The translations under genes were made by a program, and so were the position numbers. This document shows positions 8,056 through 13,873 of a DNA stretch of 13,873 nucleotides, piece after piece. The number at the start of each line of letters is the position of its first letter. Position 1 is the stretch's first letter. Source of the stretch: Candidatus Dadabacteria bacterium. Lineage in GTDB: Bacteria; Desulfobacterota_D; UBA1144; Nemesobacterales; CSP1-2. The stretch is taken from positions 33,258 through 47,130 of the forward strand of contig PSLL01000020.1 in assembly GCA_040289575.1 (NCBI GenBank). The letters are read 5' to 3'. Below the pieces are notes generated by a model. The model was not told where the DNA came from and did not search any database. It saw only the letters and a list, made by a program, of their open reading frames with translations.

Positions 8056-9570
8056 TTACTCAGGCGGAAGCACAAGCGCTGTATTGATTGAGCCTAGTTC
8101 CTGGCTAATCCCAGTAATAAAGAATATATCTGCCCCCTGAAAGTCTGTACCCGGTTTACCGGGTCTTATAGCAAGGTTTTGTACCCCATCAAAGATTTCA
8201 GAACTCGGATTGTCAGCCCTTAGCCCCGAAGGGAAAGGGGCAATAAATGGGAACGGATTTATTGTATCAGTTGAGGTATCAATGACGGCAATTTGATCCG
8301 TGTTAAAGAGCGTTGTAAAGCCAAGACCATCCGCTCGAATCTTTATATCCGCCGTGAAATTCAATCTACTAAGATCAGTTAGTACAATTGGATTACTTGT
8401 GCCATTTATAATGGCATTATTCTTTAAATCCACTTTAAGCAAGGCCCCGACAAGTCCTAGACCGATATACCCGAACCTCCCATCGGGAGTCGGTTCTAAG
8501 ACATTTGGCAGGCATACCGAAGGATTACTAGGACTCAGTGGTATATCAATTGTATCAACAATGGTGTCGGATTTTGGATTAATCACATCTATTGATGGTG
8601 GAAATTTAGAATCGCATGAAAAGGCACCGGTAGTTTGGTTAAAAATGGTATGTCCTGAGTTTACAACATAGAGATTACCATGGACAGGCGTTATTGAGCC
8701 GCTATTGACCCCGGTTGTGTCAATGCGGCTAATAACCCGATTCGTCTGAGTATCAATTACCGTAATAAAACCGTTTCCCGCGGGATTAAAGAACGCATCA
8801 AGGTTGCTGTTTGTCACATAAACCTTTCCATTTGCTACTGCTATGCCGGAAGGGTCTTCAAAAAACTGAGTATCTACAGTCTCTTGATTTTGGCAGATAC
8901 TCGAATTAGATGGAACATGGTCGGAGCGGACTATAAGGAATTCACATTGACCTGTCTGCACATTGACCAGGGCGACGCTCTGTCCCGCGAGATTAGCCAC
9001 ATAAGCCTGTGTGTTACTTAAAAAAGTAATTGCTACTGGATCAGAACCGGGCGGTAAAACTATAGTCCCTATTTCCTTTGGAGGGTCCTGGTCTAGGTCG
9101 AATATCTGTATATTGTCCGAACCGCCATTGACCACATACACCCTGTTTCCATGAATCTCAATTTGTGCTGGAAAGCTCCCAAGGTGTGCCAAGTTCCTCT
9201 TTACAGCCTGAGATATTATTGTGACTCCAATGGTCGTGTTGGTGACAGTAAAGCCGTTATTAGATACAACAACTCTAAACACATCGCTTGTGCTTCCGGT
9301 AAAAGTAGGATCAAAGCTTCCGTCGGCTGCAGCCGTGGTAGTCTGTGTCACTTGTGTGTTTATGTCCGTAACTTGAACCGTGCTTCCTGACGGAGCGGCT
9401 CCTTTTGTTCCACCAACCTTAATCGTGACATTTGAACCGCTTTTTTCTGCGACTGCTATAATTTTGCCAGTTGGTGTAAAGCTCGTTTCTCCACCGCCAC
9501 CTCCTCCACCACATCCCCAAAGAACAAACTCCAAAAAACCGAAGATGAATAGTATCTTAAATAACCTCAT
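8056..9570 (-). CDS. Lipoprotein with an Ig-like N-terminal domain and YVTN/YncE-type beta-propeller (BtuG-like by context)
   Basis: Lipobox LWG-C then Gly7. Ig-like 'GAAPSGSTVQV...TAAADGSF'. Blade repeats RVYVVN/QAYVAN/KVYVTN/NLYVVN and ITVIDT/IAVIDT. ATG 9570 fits GGAGG spacing better than TTG 9576. Confidence 0.8.
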   Translation of the reverse strand: MRLFKILFIFGFLEFVLWGCGGGGGGGETSFTPTGKIIAVAEKSGSNVTIKVGGTKGAAPSGSTVQVTDINTQVTQTTTAAADGSFDPTFTGSTSDVFRVVVSNNGFTVTNTTIGVTIISQAVKRNLAHLGSFPAQIEIHGNRVYVVNGGSDNIQIFDLDQDPPKEIGTIVLPPGSDPVAITFLSNTQAYVANLAGQSVALVNVQTGQCEFLIVRSDHVPSNSSICQNQETVDTQFFEDPSGIAVANGKVYVTNSNLDAFFNPAGNGFITVIDTQTNRVISRIDTTGVNSGSITPVHGNLYVVNSGHTIFNQTTGAFSCDSKFPPSIDVINPKSDTIVDTIDIPLSPSNPSVCLPNVLEPTPDGRFGYIGLGLVGALLKVDLKNNAIINGTSNPIVLTDLSRLNFTADIKIRADGLGFTTLFNTDQIAVIDTSTDTINPFPFIAPFPSGLRADNPSSEIFDGVQNLAIRPGKPGTDFQGADIFFITGISQELGSINTALVLPPE

Positions 9571-9622
9571 CTCCAATTCCTCCTTCTGTTTTTTCTCATT
9601 CGTGTCTGTCTGTAACCAAATC

Positions 9623-11530
9623 TCAAAACTTCAATCCCGCCGTAAAATACACCATTCTTCCCGGAAGCGGGAAGTCCAAAGCATCGCGCACGTCCAGGTT
9701 GTTAAAAAGGTTTTTTATCTCGAATGTGGCAAATACCTTTTTCCACTCCGCCTTTATTCCGGCATCGTGTGTGGTCCTCGCATCAGTAGTGGCTGAGTCT
9801 GGAAAAGGGCTAAGCGGAATCTTATCTACAAAGTGCGTTTCCCAAAAAAGCGTAAAAAGGTGGTATTTCAAAACTCCTCTCAGATCGAGTTTATTCCTCG
9901 GTCTTCCCGGAAGCTGTGCCCCTGTGTCTTCGAGCTTGCCGTCAAGAAACGTATAGACACCGCTGAATTCGAGAAAGTTAAACGGTCTGAGAATGAGGCT
10001 CGTTTCAATCCCCTGCTGGGTTACATTCCCAACGTTTCTAGGCTCTATTCTATTTGCGCTTACAAATACAAAAAGAATCAGGTCGTCAATCTTGTTTCTA
10101 AAGTAGTCAATCTCAAATCCAAAGCGTGGATGTGAAAACACCAGCCCAAAATCGAAGTCAAAGGATTTTTCGGGTTTGAGGTTGGGATTTCCGCCAATAA
10201 AGTTTTCTTGAGGAAAGAAAAGCTCGCTAAAGTTTGGCGCCCTGAATGACCTTCCAACATTCCCTTTTATGGAGACGTATCTTAGAGGAGAAACTATTAC
10301 TCCCAATTTCGGGGAGAATTCGCCTTCGGTTGAGTTTTTTTCACCCGATGTTCTAAAAAGGTCGTATCGTATTATGGGATTTATAAGAATCAGGCCGTTA
10401 AGGAGATGAATCTCATCACCGAGAAACGCATTAAATGTAACCCTTCTGGGGTTTTTAAATTCCTCATCCCTTAAAACATCCACCCTTACTTCAGTTGAAA
10501 GAGTTATAATCTGATTTAACGGCGCATACCATGTGAGTTTTGGATTCATACCGAAGGTAAATGTTCGGCTGAGTGTGTCAAGGGGAATTCCAAGCGTGGG
10601 CTTTGGGTCTTTAAATCTAAGCTGATCAAACCTATTAAATAAAATTGTCTCAAAATCCAGACTCTGTTTTAGGAACCCCTTTTTCGAAATTCTGATACTT
10701 GTCAGGTTTCTAAAATCCCTTTGATTCGAGCTATCATCCTGAAACTCGCCAAGCCCCGGAACGCCCTTATTGTCAAAGAAGAACTCATTTAGAAAACCGA
10801 TTTTCCAGCCGTGAAGATCATAGTCGACCTTTCCGAGAAAGCTCTCTGAGAGAAACTCATCGTTTATTCTCTTGAGTATCAAACCATTTACGGATTTAAA
10901 ACTAAAATCCCCTTCGCTCTGAGCGTGTGTGAATGAAAAGAAGTAGCTCAGGTTCTCCAATGTCTGCGCTCTTGAAAGGTTTAAGTCGAGTGTATTAAAT
11001 GAACCGTATGTGAATGATGCGCTTGTAAATGGCCTGTCGGTTCTCTTTGTCACTATATTTACGACCCCACCTATGGCATCCGAGCCTGCCAGAGCAGATG
11101 CTCCGCCCCTTATGATTTCGAACTTATCCACATAATCAAGAGGAATGGTAGAGAAGTCAACCCCTCCGCCCAAGGGGCTGTTTATCCTTACCCCGTCAAG
11201 GAGAATTACCACCTGATCGTTCGATGAGCCACGAATAGAGAGTGTCTTAAGCTGACCGAATCCACCGAAGTCTCTTACAACAACCCCAGGCGAAAATGAG
11301 AGAATCTCAGACGTGGTATTGTATTCTCCACCAAAGTTCTCAAGATCAATTACGGTTGAAAAAGCAGACTGGTATTGAAGCGGAGGCCCTATCGGCGTTT
11401 CTTCGACGACAACCGGCTCGAGCGTCTCTTCCTGTTCCGCAAACGTTGGCGTAGAGAATAAACAACATCTCAAGCCCAGTGTGGGAGAGAGAGTAATAAA
11501 GAAGAGAAGAGCGAAAAAAAAACTTTTCAT
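9623..11530 (-). CDS. btuB: TonB-dependent outer-membrane receptor, BtuB-like
   Basis: Signal peptide and TonB-box-like ETLEPVVV. Plug motifs SIRG...LLDGV and EIIRGGASALAGSDAIGGVVNIVTK, plus FRAPNFSEL, GNPNLKPE and C-terminal PGR...GLKF. First gene after the cobalamin riboswitch. Confidence 0.92.
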   Translation of the reverse strand: MKSFFFALLFFITLSPTLGLRCCLFSTPTFAEQEETLEPVVVEETPIGPPLQYQSAFSTVIDLENFGGEYNTTSEILSFSPGVVVRDFGGFGQLKTLSIRGSSNDQVVILLDGVRINSPLGGGVDFSTIPLDYVDKFEIIRGGASALAGSDAIGGVVNIVTKRTDRPFTSASFTYGSFNTLDLNLSRAQTLENLSYFFSFTHAQSEGDFSFKSVNGLILKRINDEFLSESFLGKVDYDLHGWKIGFLNEFFFDNKGVPGLGEFQDDSSNQRDFRNLTSIRISKKGFLKQSLDFETILFNRFDQLRFKDPKPTLGIPLDTLSRTFTFGMNPKLTWYAPLNQIITLSTEVRVDVLRDEEFKNPRRVTFNAFLGDEIHLLNGLILINPIIRYDLFRTSGEKNSTEGEFSPKLGVIVSPLRYVSIKGNVGRSFRAPNFSELFFPQENFIGGNPNLKPEKSFDFDFGLVFSHPRFGFEIDYFRNKIDDLILFVFVSANRIEPRNVGNVTQQGIETSLILRPFNFLEFSGVYTFLDGKLEDTGAQLPGRPRNKLDLRGVLKYHLFTLFWETHFVDKIPLSPFPDSATTDARTTHDAGIKAEWKKVFATFEIKNLFNNLDVRDALDFPLPGRMVYFTAGLKF

Positions 11531-11535
11531 TAAAG

Positions 11536-11563
11536 CCCCGGTCTTCGGGGAAGAAAACCAGGG
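11536..11563 (-). promoter_or_regulatory. Riboswitch expression-platform hairpin covering the btuB ribosome-binding region
   Basis: Minus strand CCCTGGTTTTC-ttcccc-GAAGACCGGGG forms an 11-bp stem (2 G-U pairs) ending 5 nt before the ATG. Confidence 0.6.
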
Positions 11564-11624
11564 ACTATTTTACTCAGATATGAAAACCCTCTACTCTCTT
11601 CCCTCGAAGAAAAGCAAAGTTTTA

Positions 11625-11792
11625 GTCCCCAGGCAGGTCTTCTGGCTTGTAGCCTCATTTTCTTCGCGCCTTCCCAGAATCTTTCAATGACTCCAGTGGC
11701 ATGGTGCAAAGAGTTTAGGACTACTCACAGCAGCGGGGCTGCACCGGACTCTCACCGGATTTCCCTTTTAAATTGATTGCACCTAGGAACCC
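11625..11792 (-). ncRNA. Cobalamin riboswitch (class I / AdoCbl-type architecture)
   Basis: Minus strand: AGGTGC...AAAAGGGAAATCCGGTGAGAGTCCGGTGCAGCCCCGCTGCTGT...GCCACTGG...CTGGGAAGGC...AGCCAGAAGACCTGCC (B12 box). P1 pairs GGTTCCTAGG with CCTGGGGACT. Confidence 0.96.
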
Positions 11793-11825
11793 TTTATTGT
11801 AAAAGAACCTTAAGCTCAGGTCCTT

Positions 11826-11855
11826 AATATAACTCTAAGATAAACAGGATGTCAA
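11826..11855 (-). promoter_or_regulatory. Sigma70-type promoter for the riboswitch/btu operon
   Basis: TTGACA (11855-11850), 18-bp spacer, TATATT (11831-11826); about 35 nt upstream of the riboswitch. Confidence 0.7.
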
Positions 11856-11874
11856 GGCGGGCAGGGGGTTGGCA

Positions 11875-12528
11875 TTAGTTAAAAAAAGCCGACATTCGTA
11901 TGAAGTAGTAGTCAACGAGCTTTTGATATTCAAAAAGAACCTGCTTTATGTTCCTCCTTACCCTCCACCAATTTTTAGGGTCAAATGTATCGTATTTAGA
12001 GGGTCTGGTAATTAATTTTATCTGTCCATCGGTGATAAGATTAAACAGCTTTGTGGCTCTGGTGGTGTGATATTTAGAGGTGACGAGAATTACAGATTTG
12101 AGATTCCTCCTTTTTAAAAAATCATATAGAACCTGCTCTTCGCTATATGTACTATTGGCCCTTTCATTTAAAATAATTATAGACGCAGCGGGAACTCCCA
12201 GCTTCATAGCAATCATCTGGTTTATGTCATATCCTTCGGGCATCTTTATTCCCAAACTCAACAATTCATCATAACCCGGTGGCTTTTCCTCTCTGGTCAG
12301 AACTATTATTGGGGCATACCCCTGTTTATAAATATCAACTGCTTCCAGAATCCTATCGGGAACGGAGCCAGAAAGAGCAACAATGGCATCCGCCTTCTCT
12401 AAAGGATATTCCGTTACGAGATATTTGCCTACAGATATTAAAATAGAGTCGCGGTAATAATATATAGAACCGGCGATTACAAGTATAAACAGAGAGGCAA
12501 CAAGAAATCTACGCCTAGTTTTAAACAA
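11875..12528 (-). CDS. YdcF/DUF218 (ElyC/SanA-like) family membrane-anchored protein
   Basis: N-terminal TM helix; KADAIVALSG, ANSTYSE, ILVTSKYHTTRA and C-terminal WW...EYQK motifs; TTG start. Confidence 0.85.
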   Translation of the reverse strand: MFKTRRRFLVASLFILVIAGSIYYYRDSILISVGKYLVTEYPLEKADAIVALSGSVPDRILEAVDIYKQGYAPIIVLTREEKPPGYDELLSLGIKMPEGYDINQMIAMKLGVPAASIIILNERANSTYSEEQVLYDFLKRRNLKSVILVTSKYHTTRATKLFNLITDGQIKLITRPSKYDTFDPKNWWRVRRNIKQVLFEYQKLVDYYFIRMSAFFN

Positions 12529-12720
12529 TGCCCGATATGGCTTCCTTTGCAGTGTTGTGAAGGCGTTCTGAAATCAATGTCTAGAGGCAAACTGCAAATC
12601 TCATCTATTTACCACATCTCCGACGAATAGGACTAAAGCGACAAGTAGAAGCTTTAGGACGCCATTGGCTTATGGTATGGAGCGCCCGATTGCTCCTCTT
12701 CATCGCAATCGTACCTTTTG

Positions 12721-13230
12721 CTAAGGAGTGTTTTGAGCCTCTTTTTGTAATTCCTTAGCCCCTTTTATCGCCTGGTCTCTAAACTCAATGGGAACGGATT
12801 TGATAAGGTTCGTAAAATGTGTGATTCCCTCTTTATCCGTCCATACGTATATCGGTGTCTTCATATAAGGAGACAAAGGGGCAAAATTAGGCTCAGATTC
12901 CACCACTACTTGTGTTTGACTCCTCCTCTCGCCTACCCCCGACCTCTCCTCCCTTGGTTTATTTAGCTCCACATTGCTCTTCTGCTCGATACTTTTACCC
13001 AGAGTGGTTGGGTCCAGAGTCGAGTCCTGAAACGGATTTAAATCCTCTATAGGGAACACAATGCCATTATTTAGAACAAGTGCTCCCGCAATATGACCCG
13101 GAACCGACTGAACCTCAACGATGGGAGACATTGGAAGTACCTCACGCATATTCTGAGCTTAAGCACCTCTAATGACAAGAAAGGCCAATAAAATACATAT
13201 CGGATACGCAATGAATTTTAGTTTTCTCAT
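12721..13230 (-). pseudogene. Exported DUF4124-like protein interrupted by an in-frame TAA in its signal peptide (residual ORF 12721-13149)
   Basis: GGAGGTG RBS and ATG 13230 give MRKLKFIAYPICILLAFLVIRGA*AQNMREV, in frame with the 142-aa ORF. IYVWTDKEGITHFTN is a DUF4124-like motif. Confidence 0.65.
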
Positions 13231-13320
13231 GAATTCCACCTCCCTTCCGCGAATAAATTCCTTCCTTCAGATTTATCAATACCGCTGATTCGATAAACAA
13301 AATATTTAGATCCAACCAAT

Positions 13321-13329
13321 ATTATATCA
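13321..13329 (-). promoter_or_regulatory. Possible extended -10 promoter (TGaTATAAT) for the DUF4124-like gene
   Basis: The minus strand reads TGATATAAT about 90 nt upstream of ATG 13230; there is no good -35. Confidence 0.4.
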
Positions 13330-13422
13330 TAGCTTTCCGACAAATAAGAACGACATCTTAGGGAAGTCGAGTGGCAATTGAACAAATATCAGAACGTATG
13401 AGATAGAATTGAATTGTTTCAT

Positions 13423-13873
13423 TCACCGATGTTTTTCTATGCCCACCTGCCGACACATATCGAGGACTGGACAGGTCGAGCATCGAGGAAGCGTGCCTGT
13501 GCATATATGTTTGCCGAAAGGGACGAGAAGGCGATTAATTTCCACCCAGTATTTGCGTGGAAGTCTCTCTTCAAGGGCAATCATGGTTCCATCCGGTGTA
13601 TTCGTCTGCACATATCCCCACCGATTTGTGATGCGGTGGACGTGAATGTCTACGCCTATACGCGCCTGGTTACACGCAATGCCAAGCACAAGGTTGGCGC
13701 ATTTGTGACCAACGCCTCGAAAGGAAAGCAGAACATCCGACTCGCAAGGCAAAATGCCTCTGCGTTCTGAAACAACTCGTCTTGCTATCTCATGAATCTG
13801 CAATGCCTTTGCCTCGTGGAATGTACAGGCGCGAATTGCATTGCCTATCTCCTCAGTTGTCAATCGGCTTATA
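13423..13873 (-). CDS. nth: Endonuclease III (HhH-GPD glycosylase), 3' part; 5' end lies outside the window
   Basis: HhH motif LLSFRGVGHKCA, VDIHVHRITNRWG and the 4Fe-4S motif C-X6-C-X2-C-X5-C (CTGTLPRCSTCPVLDMC). The frame stays open to the window edge. Confidence 0.9.
   Translation of the reverse strand, partial: ISRLTTEEIGNAIRACTFHEAKALQIHEIARRVVSERRGILPCESDVLLSFRGVGHKCANLVLGIACNQARIGVDIHVHRITNRWGYVQTNTPDGTMIALEERLPRKYWVEINRLLVPFGKHICTGTLPRCSTCPVLDMCRQVGIEKHR

Noticed and set aside
9490..9510. Gly7 tract as a contingency repeat
   Set aside because: It is encoded by mixed GGT/GGA/GGC codons, consistent with a protein linker rather than a slippage tract.
11124..11132. Perfect DnaA box TTATCCACA inside btuB
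   Set aside because: An isolated copy within coding sequence is likely to be chance.
11481..11690. 69-aa plus-strand ORF
   Set aside because: It is antisense to the riboswitch and the btuB start, so the sequence is explained by the RNA element.
12687..12711. Hairpin CGATTGC/GCAATCG after the DUF4124-like gene as an intrinsic terminator
   Set aside because: It has an 11-nt loop and no U-tract on the coding (minus) strand, which is too weak to call.
893..13770. Short alternative ORFs in the track (e.g. 893-1102, 2989-3219, 3944-4354, 8300-8671, 9380-9796, 12080-12274, 13414-13770)
   Set aside because: They are antisense or out-of-frame shadows of well-supported genes and have no recognisable motifs.

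Overview
Bacterial chromosomal window from a diderm organism (it encodes a TonB-dependent receptor and lipoproteins). Nearly all genes lie on the minus strand. The core is a putative cobalamin (B12) uptake cluster. It begins with a sigma70-like promoter and a class I-type cobalamin riboswitch (~11625-11792). The genes follow in order: a BtuB-like TonB-dependent receptor, an Ig-like plus beta-propeller lipoprotein (BtuG-like by context), a Cys-rich BtuF-fold protein with no signal peptide, a conventional exported BtuF, a BtuD-like ATPase and a BtuC-like permease. Between btuF and btuD sit a 213-bp internally deleted IS1595/IS1016-type element (MITE-like) and REP-like repeats. Downstream are leuC, leuD, an AT-rich 409-bp spacer with a perfect DnaA box, an atypical dcd (Asp->Gln in the DPG motif) and a convergent plus-strand lipoprotein. 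Upstream are a YdcF/DUF218 protein, a DUF4124-like gene with an in-frame TAA in its signal peptide, and the 3' part of endonuclease III. All calls come from reading motifs by eye; no database searches were run.
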